Shown here: positions 8,953-17,067 of the stretch, in pieces
Layout: each line of letters begins with the position of its first letter
Position numbering within the stretch: position 1 is the first letter of the stretch
Source: an uncultured virus (IMG/VR IMGVR_UViG_3300025769_000102)
Lineage: Duplodnaviria > Heunggongvirae > Uroviricota > Caudoviricetes
DNA: 64,000 nt
IMG/VR virus record: IMGVR_UViG_3300025769_000102
Reading direction: 5' to 3' (one strand)
Made by a program: the position numbers and the translations under genes
Notes under the pieces: generated by a model
What the model was told of the DNA's origin: nothing
The model's database searches: none
Seen by the model: the letters and a program-made list of their open reading frames with translations, nothing else

Positions 8953-9029
8953 TCAATAATTTATAAACATTTAATACACTAATAAGTTGCGAATAACAAT
9001 CAATCAATTTAATAATTAAAACCTAAACA

Positions 9030-9236
9030 ATGAAGTATTCAACAATCACAGAATTAATCAATTCATATGAGCATATAGTATGCTATGAGGATGCCAATGG
9101 CATCGAATCTTTAGAAAACCTTTATAATTATGAATATGACGAAGGAGGCAATGCCATCTTATATTTTGAAGATAGCGAGGAAGATGCCATTAAGCGTATG
9201 GAAGAGATAATTAAATTTCAAAAATCATTAATGTAA
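9030..9236 (+). CDS. Hypothetical acidic early protein
   Basis: ORF flanked by 23-bp direct repeats. Confidence 0.65.
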   Translation: MKYSTITELINSYEHIVCYEDANGIESLENLYNYEYDEGGNAILYFEDSEEDAIKRMEEIIKFQKSLM

Positions 9237-9269
9237 TATCAATCAATTTAATAATTAAAAACTAAAACA

Positions 9270-9707
9270 ATGAGAACAATAGAATTAAAAGTTTACACCA
9301 TAAACAAACATCCAAATAAAGATAAATGCTTTGATTGGATTAGGAATAATTGGTACGATTTAAACGACCATTCAGTACACGAAGTATTAGATAGCTTGAA
9401 AGGATTGCAGATTGTAATTGGCGGAGATTTAGACTATTCAATATCATCATCACCTTGCAGGGGAGAATACATTACATTCAAAGATTATGATAAGGATTTA
9501 CTAAATGAATTGGATGCAAATGAATTACCATTGACGGGTGTATGTTGGGATGGAGACTTAATTGAAAGTATGCAAAAAGATGGAGATGCATATGGGGTAT
9601 TAAGCGCATTGCATCGAGATACTGAATACCTTTATTCAGATGAAGGATTGCAAGAACTTTGCGAAGCTAATGATTATGAATTTACAGAAGAAGGAGAAGT
9701 ATATTAA
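9270..9707 (+). CDS. Hypothetical acidic early protein
   Basis: ORF ending YLYSDE...CEANDYEFTEEG, very acidic. Confidence 0.7.
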   Translation: MRTIELKVYTINKHPNKDKCFDWIRNNWYDLNDHSVHEVLDSLKGLQIVIGGDLDYSISSSPCRGEYITFKDYDKDLLNELDANELPLTGVCWDGDLIESMQKDGDAYGVLSALHRDTEYLYSDEGLQELCEANDYEFTEEGEVY

Positions 9708-9763
9708 TAATAACCACAAGAGGGGAGGGCATTCCTCCTCTTAATTTAAACTATATATATATT

Positions 9764-10009
9764 ATGAAGACAAAAACAGAATTACTAGAATTAGTAAATA
9801 CGGCAATTTTAACCAACAAATTATTCAGTAAAACCGAATGGTTTATTGACTTTAATGGTCACGTTAATGTGATTTCAATTAGACACTATAGCTGCGGTTT
9901 TAAAGACTCTAAAAAATACAATTACCCAGCTGAGTCGGTAAGAATTTCACTATACAACGAAGATAGTATCCAAGAAGGATATTGGTTTATAAAAAATAGA
10001 ATTAAATAA
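9764..10009 (+). CDS. Hypothetical early protein
   Basis: ORF between hairpin and terminator. Confidence 0.6.
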   Translation: MKTKTELLELVNTAILTNKLFSKTEWFIDFNGHVNVISIRHYSCGFKDSKKYNYPAESVRISLYNEDSIQEGYWFIKNRIK

Positions 10010-10027
10010 AACAATCAAACATCAACT

Positions 10028-10057
10028 AAACCTATAGCGTAACTGCTATGGGTTTTT
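10028..10057 (+). terminator. Intrinsic terminator
   Basis: AAACCTATAGC / GCTATGGGTTT stem then T run. Confidence 0.7.
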
Positions 10058-10093
10058 GGTGGTAAATGAAATTATTAACTAAATTAAAAACAT

Positions 10094-11008
10094 ATGTGTG
10101 TTATAATTATTAAAGACAATAAAAACAAATTAATACCATTAGATGTATTGAAAAATGCTGCGAATATAAATCCTGATGGGTTGGGTGTTGTGTGGCTAGA
10201 TACATTTAAAGTAACCTATCACGATTCAACAGACTATTCTAGTCTTATAACAAGTAGACCATTTATTGCACATTTTAGATATGCTACAGTTGGTGCAGTA
10301 AACAAAGAAAATACCCATCCATTTGTATGCGGTACAAACACAGACGAACTGCTTATGATGAACGGAACTGCTCTAGGCTATGGAAGTAGAAATATAACTG
10401 ATTCTAGAGAGTTAGCTAACGAGTTAGGGGGCATACCAAGAAAGCGTTGGGATAGTCATTTAAAGATTGACGATATATGGTCGCCAAACTTATGTAGATT
10501 CGTGAGCATTAACACAAAAAGCAAGTCATATCAAATCTACAACAGAGAATTTTGGACAGAGTACGATGGAGCATTATATTCTAAGTCAAATGTGCTTGAG
10601 AGAAATATAGTGGCAGTATATGGAACTTTAAAGAAAGGGTTTAGCAACTACTACGCACATCTATCTAAGTCGAGACATATAGGTAAAGGAACTACGAAGG
10701 ACAAATATCCGTTGGTCGTGAGTGGTTTACCTTATTTGATAAACAACAAAGGGGTAGGTCATAACGTAGAGGTGGATGTGTTTAGTGTAGATAACAAAAC
10801 ACTAGAAAGATTGGACATCCTAGAAGGTCATCCTAAGTGGTACAAAAGAGAGAAGGTTATGATATCAATGCAGCAAGGACATCATCAAATACCTTGTTGG
10901 GTGTACTTTAACCCAATCAAAATAAACAATAACACTAAATTTCACAAGTCATTTAAAAGTAATCGAAACAATTCATATAATGGTATGAATGAAATTTCAT
11001 TCTACTAA
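10094..11008 (+). CDS. Class II (Ntn) glutamine amidotransferase fused to gamma-glutamylcyclotransferase (AIG2-like)
   Basis: N-terminal MC, HFRYATVG..NTHPF, MMNG; then VAVYGTLKKG...LDILEGHP.WY.R...WVY. Confidence 0.85.
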   Translation: MCVIIIKDNKNKLIPLDVLKNAANINPDGLGVVWLDTFKVTYHDSTDYSSLITSRPFIAHFRYATVGAVNKENTHPFVCGTNTDELLMMNGTALGYGSRNITDSRELANELGGIPRKRWDSHLKIDDIWSPNLCRFVSINTKSKSYQIYNREFWTEYDGALYSKSNVLERNIVAVYGTLKKGFSNYYAHLSKSRHIGKGTTKDKYPLVVSGLPYLINNKGVGHNVEVDVFSVDNKTLERLDILEGHPKWYKREKVMISMQQGHHQIPCWVYFNPIKINNNTKFHKSFKSNRNNSYNGMNEISFY

Positions 11009-11010
11009 AA

Positions 11011-11026
11011 GTGTCGTTGACGACAC
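11011..11026. repeat. 16-bp palindrome, copy 4
   Basis: GTGTCGTTGACGACAC, 2 nt after GATase-GGCT stop. Confidence 0.95.
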
Positions 11027-11085
11027 AAATGATTGTATGTATAACTACTTGATAAACAAGTAAATATAAATAATTTAAAAAATCC

Positions 11086-11116
11086 TTGTGAAAGTTAATA
11101 TAAATTAATACTTTTA
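11086..11116 (+). promoter_or_regulatory. Bacteroidota-type promoter (variant)
   Basis: TTG-N20-TACTTTTA. Confidence 0.5.
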
Positions 11117-11156
11117 CACAAATTATTAAACTTTAAACAACAAAAAACAAACAATT

Positions 11157-11450
11157 ATGGAAACTTTAGAAAAACAATTTAAGAAAACAATGTATGTGGG
11201 CTATGAAACATCTATGAGTCCGTACATAAACAGAGAAAAGAAGGTAATGGAATACAACGTGAGTTGGAACAAAGACGAAGAGAGAGGTTGGTTCGAGATG
11301 TATGACGAAGAGAGTGGTGGTTATGAATACTACGGTGTAGGTGGATTATTTTTTAACGGAAATGAATTGATAGACTACGATAGTGTATTTTCTTTAGACG
11401 AAAACATCATAGACTGCGTTAAAGAAATGGGTGCTATTATTAAACTTTAA
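11157..11450 (+). CDS. Hypothetical early protein
   Basis: ORF flanked by identical 33-bp repeats. Confidence 0.7.
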   Translation: METLEKQFKKTMYVGYETSMSPYINREKKVMEYNVSWNKDEERGWFEMYDEESGGYEYYGVGGLFFNGNELIDYDSVFSLDENIIDCVKEMGAIIKL

Positions 11451-11469
11451 ACAACAAAAAACAAACAAG

Positions 11470-11814
11470 ATGAAAAAATTAATGAAACACGAAGTTGGTA
11501 GTTTAACCAACGGAACTTATAAGACTAATACACTGAGAGGTGTAACTTACTACGAATTATTTAATACGTTAGGACAGCCAACATATAACGAAGCATCTGG
11601 AGATGACAAATGTCAATTAGAATGGGTTATTGAATGGCAAGATGAGGTATACACTATCTACGATTGGAAGACCTACGACAGAGAGTACACCATCAACGAA
11701 CTTAACACTTGGAGCATTGGCAGCAAAGTGCCATCAGATGACTTCTATCATTACTTAATTTATCAAGTAGAGCAAAAAGTTAAGGAAGAATTATTAATAT
11801 CAAAACTAAATTAA
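11470..11814 (+). CDS. Hypothetical early protein
   Basis: LGQPT...DDK..EW...TIYDWK...WSIG pattern seen in small phage proteins. Confidence 0.7.
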   Translation: MKKLMKHEVGSLTNGTYKTNTLRGVTYYELFNTLGQPTYNEASGDDKCQLEWVIEWQDEVYTIYDWKTYDREYTINELNTWSIGSKVPSDDFYHYLIYQVEQKVKEELLISKLN

Positions 11815-11815
11815 A

Positions 11816-12016
11816 ATGGACAAATACGAACAACTCGACAACATACTATCTGATGCAGATTGGTACTATATGAGGTCGGATAGCGACAGAACTTACAAGG
11901 AAGGATTGAAGGCGATGGAGGACTTAATACAAATGAGATTAGACCTACCCGACCAAAGTAGAGCAGATGAAATATGGAGTAAACATTCTCCTTTTACAAA
12001 TACTAAAACTAATTAA
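11816..12016 (+). CDS. Hypothetical protein
   Basis: Tightly packed ORF; DWYYMRSD. Confidence 0.6.
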   Translation: MDKYEQLDNILSDADWYYMRSDSDRTYKEGLKAMEDLIQMRLDLPDQSRADEIWSKHSPFTNTKTN

Positions 12017-12017
12017 G

Positions 12018-12260
12018 ATGACAAATTTATTAAGAGCCGCAAGCTTTGTGTTATGCGGTGACAATGTGGAAGAGCAATTGGAATCTCTTTACGATGCGTG
12101 TGACAAAAAACTACCAACACCAAGTGATGTAGCGGTGTGGGAGAAATTTGAACTTGAGAGTTGCGAGGTATTAATTGGAATAATTGAAGACTTAGAGATT
12201 CAATTTGATGAAGCGAACCAAGATTTTATAAAGCGTTTATTAAATTCTAAAATTAATTAA
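12018..12260 (+). CDS. Hypothetical protein
   Basis: Tightly packed ORF. Confidence 0.55.
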   Translation: MTNLLRAASFVLCGDNVEEQLESLYDACDKKLPTPSDVAVWEKFELESCEVLIGIIEDLEIQFDEANQDFIKRLLNSKIN

Positions 12261-12261
12261 G

Positions 12262-12525
12262 ATGAAGAATATAGAAGACTTACTATTTCCTAATAATCGG
12301 AAGTTGATACTCAATAAAGAAGAAGATTGCCTTGAAACTTGTATCGTTGATATAGAGATTGACCCAATAAATTGTACATTTATAGGTGATGGGTGTATAA
12401 AAATAAATACAGAAGACCTTACATATATAATGTTGGATTTTAATAATTTATACGATATGTTAGACTTGATTGACGAAGCAGATAGCTATTACGAAAAAGA
12501 ACACAATAACACTAAAAATAAATAA
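12262..12525 (+). CDS. Hypothetical protein
   Basis: Tightly packed ORF. Confidence 0.55.
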   Translation: MKNIEDLLFPNNRKLILNKEEDCLETCIVDIEIDPINCTFIGDGCIKINTEDLTYIMLDFNNLYDMLDLIDEADSYYEKEHNNTKNK

Positions 12526-12526
12526 G

Positions 12527-13057
12527 ATGACTAAGAGACAAGAACAATTAAATGGGATACTAACAGATGTATCCGACTACTATGGATTAAAAATTACAGA
12601 CGTAACAAGCAACTCAAGACTAAGCGAATTAGTTAGGGCGAGAGATATGTTCACCTACTTGTGTCGAGAGTACACAAGTGCATCATACAACGAAATCGGT
12701 CAGATGTTAGGTGGTCGTAATCACGCTACTATCATACACTCCAACAATAAGATAAAAGAGTACGCAGAGATGTATCCTGCAGTGCAAAAGCAAGTGCAGG
12801 AAATTACATTCCGCTCAGACCTATACGACAGACTTAGAACTCACGATGTAAAGGTTAGGCGAGAGAACTTAATTATGTCAGCAGTTAACCTACTATCGAA
12901 CCAACTAAAAGATTGGAACTTTGAATCTATCGAGCAGATGGAGATGAGTTACCCAATAAATAAAATCGTTCAAGACATCAAGCAAGGTGTTTGGCAGGAG
13001 ATGTTAAAAAATAAAAATAATAGCAATGCTAGAAAAACAGATAGAATTATACAATAA
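12527..13057 (+). CDS. Protein with DnaA domain IV (Bac_DnaA_C) helix-turn-helix
   Basis: VSDYYGL...SR..ELVRAR...YLCRE.T..S..EIG..LGGRNHATIIHS. Confidence 0.85.
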   Translation: MTKRQEQLNGILTDVSDYYGLKITDVTSNSRLSELVRARDMFTYLCREYTSASYNEIGQMLGGRNHATIIHSNNKIKEYAEMYPAVQKQVQEITFRSDLYDRLRTHDVKVRRENLIMSAVNLLSNQLKDWNFESIEQMEMSYPINKIVQDIKQGVWQEMLKNKNNSNARKTDRIIQ

Positions 13058-13241
13058 ACTAAGAATTGTGTATTTAATTAACGTATGCGATGCGAGGCTA
13101 GAGACACTTAACAATTGGGTTAGGTGTCACAACTCAGACTTCTTTCATATAAGTCTTTTATATCGTGATATTATACTAAGTACCAAAGAAAAGAGAGAGT
13201 CTCTTAGAGGGGCTTATATGCGTCTTGAGGGCATTAATTAA
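13026..13241 (+). CDS. Hypothetical protein
   Basis: ORF in the + strand run. Confidence 0.45.
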   Translation: MLEKQIELYNKLRIVYLINVCDARLETLNNWVRCHNSDFFHISLLYRDIILSTKEKRESLRGAYMRLEGIN

Positions 13242-13310
13242 TAATTATGCTATACGATTAAATAGTAAAGAAATAATTAGTAACTTTAAATAAATTAAAA
13301 CAATATAACA

Positions 13311-13553
13311 ATGGGGAAAAAGAAAATCAATTACGAGACTTGGAGGGTACACTATGACATCACCTCTAAGATTAAATTTGAAAATCTGCAATCAGAAGAA
13401 GAGATACAAAGTATAGTACTAAATAGATTAGGCTTGAGTAGTGTTGAAAATAATTTAGTATCTAACTACGTTAAGTCATTTTTATCCTCTGTAGACTACA
13501 ATTTAATATGTGAGTTAATAAACGATGAAGTAAAAGAAAACCTAAATAAATAG
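13311..13553 (+). CDS. Hypothetical protein
   Basis: ORF with A-rich leader; NYETW motif. Confidence 0.6.
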   Translation: MGKKKINYETWRVHYDITSKIKFENLQSEEEIQSIVLNRLGLSSVENNLVSNYVKSFLSSVDYNLICELINDEVKENLNK

Positions 13554-13555
13554 AT

Positions 13556-13846
13556 ATGACTGAAGAAGAGATGCAAAAGCTAACCGATATGATAGTTTCG
13601 GCTATTGATAAGAGGCAACGTGAACTTGATGAAGAGTTTTACAATAATACAAACTCGACAAACAATGTACCTATAGAGTATGTTATACAACTCGACCAAG
13701 AAAAGTCTGAGAAGGAGAGGTTGGTGGATAGGGTGAACGAACTTTACATCTCTCTTCAGCACGCTATCGACCAAGAGAGGTTTGAGTTAGCAAACGACAT
13801 CAAGGAGACAATCAAAGCGGTGAAAGACTTAATTAAAAGAAAATAA
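13556..13846 (+). CDS. Protein with C-terminal UVR (UvrB/UvrC) coiled-coil motif
   Basis: LQHAIDQERFELANDIKETI. Confidence 0.65.
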   Translation: MTEEEMQKLTDMIVSAIDKRQRELDEEFYNNTNSTNNVPIEYVIQLDQEKSEKERLVDRVNELYISLQHAIDQERFELANDIKETIKAVKDLIKRK

Positions 13847-13916
13847 ACCAACAACTCAATTAAACAATTAGTATAAACCATTAACACCTAATAGATATGT
13901 AACAGAAAAAATCAGT

Positions 13917-14675
13917 ATGAAGAAGTACGATATAGAGACCTATGGTCGCTACGCAATAGACCTTAAGGCATCAAAGCCTAAAGAGATGGAACTGCTAGAA
14001 TATAGCAGAGATGAATTAATAATAAAATTCTTACCACTAGTAGAGAACTTAGCAAGGAAGTTTCCAAGTTCAGAGATAGCAATTGGAGTTCTAAATATAT
14101 GCGACTTAATACAGATTGGTTCTGAAGCATTAGTTCTATCAGTTGATAAGCTAGACTACGAACACCTTAAACTATCTAGGGACGTTGAGAAGACACTAAA
14201 GTCTTTCTTTTCTAAGAGGATAAAGGGTGCAATTAGGAGGCGTATCGACATCAACAGAGGAAGTATGAGGATACCAGAATACAAAAGGAATTTGATGAGG
14301 AAGGAGTCGGGCGACAAGCAGAACGTAGAGATGTTCTTTCGTTCTATCTTTCTAACGATAGATGAGGAGTACAAAGAGAACTCTAACTATACTGCAAACA
14401 TCAACCATCTGCAAGATAAGTCTGAACCCTACAACATAAACATACTTAACGCATACCTAAAGGGTGTTATGAAAAAGCATTTAAGTGGGATAGAGTACGA
14501 GGTACTTAGGCTATCATACGGGCTTGACTGCAATAAGCATACGGGTCTTGAGATAGCAAACGAGTTAGGTATCAAGGGAATAAACAACTTCGTAAGGGTA
14601 TCTGAGATTAAAAAGAAGGCGGTTTTGAAACTAATTGACAATGTTGAGTACAATCAATTCATAGATATACTATAA
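13917..14675 (+). CDS. Phage sigma-70 family factor
   Basis: Region 2 LPLVENLARKF...DLIQIG..AL...VDK; region 4 VLRLSYGL...EIANELG...RVSEIKKKAVLKL. Confidence 0.85.
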   Translation: MKKYDIETYGRYAIDLKASKPKEMELLEYSRDELIIKFLPLVENLARKFPSSEIAIGVLNICDLIQIGSEALVLSVDKLDYEHLKLSRDVEKTLKSFFSKRIKGAIRRRIDINRGSMRIPEYKRNLMRKESGDKQNVEMFFRSIFLTIDEEYKENSNYTANINHLQDKSEPYNINILNAYLKGVMKKHLSGIEYEVLRLSYGLDCNKHTGLEIANELGIKGINNFVRVSEIKKKAVLKLIDNVEYNQFIDIL

Positions 14676-14679
14676 ACAA

Positions 14680-15078
14680 ATGAAAGCGAAAGAGTTAGCA
14701 ATGATTAAAAGGATTGAATCTAAATCTAATTCAGATATAGAACAATCCAATTACGAGTACAATAGATTTGATGCCTACAACGATAAATCTATTTTTGAAG
14801 TAAAACATCGTCACACATTCTACGAGGATGTTATGATAGAGTTTGATAAGTTTAGCTACAACCACGCATATGCAATGGTAAACAATCTAAACTTTGTATA
14901 TGCCGTAGAGATGAATGACATAATATACATATTCGACATTATTAATCTTGTTAAAGAAGGCTTTAACTTTAATTGGAATTGGAGAGAGATGCCAAAGACA
15001 ACTGAATTTAATAGAAAAGAAAAAGTTCAGAAGTATGTTGGATTCATAAACATTAAACACTCATACTGCGAGATATGA
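14680..15078 (+). CDS. PD-(D/E)xK nuclease-like protein
   Basis: RFDAY...IFEVKHR motif. Confidence 0.55.
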   Translation: MKAKELAMIKRIESKSNSDIEQSNYEYNRFDAYNDKSIFEVKHRHTFYEDVMIEFDKFSYNHAYAMVNNLNFVYAVEMNDIIYIFDIINLVKEGFNFNWNWREMPKTTEFNRKEKVQKYVGFINIKHSYCEI

Positions 15079-15210
15079 TAGAAAATAAAAACACTAGAAG
15101 GTTGGAACTATATAAAGAAGCTATACTTTTAGAAGCAAAAAAGAAGCTAAACATTAGGGACTTTATGGAGTTACAAAGACTATTCAACAAATTAAAAACA
15201 ATTAATAGAA

Positions 15211-15240
15211 TTGGTGATTAAAAAATAATTACTATATTTG
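15211..15240 (+). promoter_or_regulatory. Bacteroidota sigma-A promoter of recombination operon
   Basis: TTG-N19-TATATTTG. Confidence 0.75.
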
Positions 15241-15267
15241 CAAACGAAAACAATTAAACAATTCATT

Positions 15268-15819
15268 ATGAAAACTCTAAATGAGAAACTTGCGACAATA
15301 CAAACGCAATTTAAGTCAAAGAAATCAAGGTATAACAGCTTTGGAAAGTATAACTTCCGTAGTGCTGAGGACATCCTTGAGGCAACAAAACCATTCCTAT
15401 TAGACTTAGGAGTGTCGGTAACAGTCAACGAAGAACTCGTATGTACAGAGCCGTTCCCAATTCTAAAGTCAATAGCCACAATATCTGATGGCAAAGACTC
15501 CATAGAGGCAGTAGCAATAGTAGGTATAGACCTAGACCAAAAAGGTATGCAAATGCCACAGAAGTTTGGTAGTGCATCATCCTACGGTAAGAAGTATTCT
15601 TTAGGTAACCTATTCCTAATAGACGACACCGCTGATAGTGACGCTAGTAATAGTCACGACAAGTCATCTACAAAGCCCGACAAGAAGGCTATCAATTCTG
15701 TAAAAGATGAGGCTTATAAGAAGGCTGCTGAGTACATCAAGAGTGGTGGCAAGCTAGAAGCTATCAAGCAGAAGTACAACCTATCATCAAGTGTTGAGAA
15801 ATCTTTAAAATCTTTGTAA
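15268..15819 (+). CDS. ERF-family single-strand annealing protein
   Basis: N.FGKYNFRSAEDILEA.KP; Q.FGSASSYGKKY.L..LFLIDD..DSD. Confidence 0.9.
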   Translation: MKTLNEKLATIQTQFKSKKSRYNSFGKYNFRSAEDILEATKPFLLDLGVSVTVNEELVCTEPFPILKSIATISDGKDSIEAVAIVGIDLDQKGMQMPQKFGSASSYGKKYSLGNLFLIDDTADSDASNSHDKSSTKPDKKAINSVKDEAYKKAAEYIKSGGKLEAIKQKYNLSSSVEKSLKSL

Positions 15820-15820
15820 T

Positions 15821-16555
15821 ATGGAAACTAAAGAACAGATAATAGAGAAGTTGCAAGACGATACAATGTACTACGGAGAGTATGGACAGCAGTTTTTAAG
15901 TAACTCGAACATTGGTACACTACTGACCAATCCATTAGCATTAAAAGAAAAAACTAATACTACATCAGCAATGATATTTGGAAGTTACTTTCACACTGCA
16001 ATTCTTGAGAAAGATAAGCTACACAAGTTTAAAATAATTGACGCTAACACAAGAACGACTAAAGTATACAAAGAACTTAGTGGTGGAGAAATGTGTATGC
16101 TACAGCACGAGGTAGATATGGCTGACGCTATGGTGGATAAGCTACTAGACAACAATGTATTTTCATCTATGATTAATATAGGTGAGGTTGAACACGAAGT
16201 CCCAGGAGTTAAAGAGATTATGGGTAATATGTGGAAGGGTAAGGCTGACATAATCAACCACGATGACAAACTTGTAGTTGACATCAAGACATCCTCAGAC
16301 ATCAACTCGTTTCACTTCTCAGCTAGTAAGTACAACTACGATTCACAAGCATACCTATACCGTGAAATATTTGGATATGATATGGTATTCTTAGTAATTG
16401 ACAAGAACACGCATCAGATGGGTCTATTTGACTGCTCAGAGAACTTCTATGAGAAAGGTAGAGAGAAGGTCATTAAGGCTACTGAGGTGTACGATTTATT
16501 CTACAAGGACGAATCATTTGACGCAAAACAATTTTTTATAAACCGTACGCTATAG
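15821..16555 (+). CDS. RecE/exonuclease VIII-like PD-(D/E)xK exonuclease
   Basis: LSNS...FGS.FH..ILE; KGKAD...VDIKT...Y.YDSQAYLY. Confidence 0.85.
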   Translation: METKEQIIEKLQDDTMYYGEYGQQFLSNSNIGTLLTNPLALKEKTNTTSAMIFGSYFHTAILEKDKLHKFKIIDANTRTTKVYKELSGGEMCMLQHEVDMADAMVDKLLDNNVFSSMINIGEVEHEVPGVKEIMGNMWKGKADIINHDDKLVVDIKTSSDINSFHFSASKYNYDSQAYLYREIFGYDMVFLVIDKNTHQMGLFDCSENFYEKGREKVIKATEVYDLFYKDESFDAKQFFINRTL

Positions 16556-16575
16556 TACACAAAACAATTATTATT

Positions 16576-16938
16576 ATGAGTGATTTAACAATGACTGGCA
16601 AAATCTTAAAAATATTAGAAGTAGAAAAAGGTACTTCTAAAGCTGGTAAAGATTGGCAGAAAATTAACTTCGTACTATCAACTGGAAGTGAATACAATCC
16701 AGAGGTAGCTTTCCAAATCTTTGGAGAGGAAAAAGTAGCAAACTTTATTAAGTACAATAAGGTTGGTCAAGTTGTAGATGTTAGCTTCAATATATCTAGC
16801 CGTGAATATAATGGAAAGTATTTTCACAATCTAGATGCTTGGAAGATATTTAAGTCAGATGCAGCAGAACCAAATCAAGCCCCACTAAAAGAAGTTGAAT
16901 TAGAAAAAGCTTCAGCAGAAGACGATTTACCATTTTAA
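16576..16938 (+). CDS. Single-stranded DNA-binding protein (DUF3127 type)
   Basis: GTSKAGKDWQK..FV, SREYNGKYF..L.AWKI, acidic DDLPF tail. Confidence 0.85.
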   Translation: MSDLTMTGKILKILEVEKGTSKAGKDWQKINFVLSTGSEYNPEVAFQIFGEEKVANFIKYNKVGQVVDVSFNISSREYNGKYFHNLDAWKIFKSDAAEPNQAPLKEVELEKASAEDDLPF

Positions 16939-16957
16939 ATTAGTACTTTTACATTGT

Positions 16958-17051
16958 AGTTGCAGTCGAAACAAATAGGCAACTTAAGGAAACTATATAA
17001 ACCCTTGCGATGAAATCAGCTTCGACTCTGATGGATTTGCAGGGGTTTTTT
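16958..17051 (+). ncRNA. Structured leader: two hairpins with complementary loops, the second an intrinsic terminator
   Basis: Stem AGTTGC/GCAACT with loop starting AGTCGAA; long stem with loop CTTCGACT followed by T run. Confidence 0.6.
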
Positions 17052-17067
17052 ATTAAACAACAACGAA

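Noticed and set aside
6386..11026. CRISPR array made of the 16-bp palindromes
   Set aside because: Repeats are too short, 0.7-2.2 kb apart and separated by genes; no cas genes
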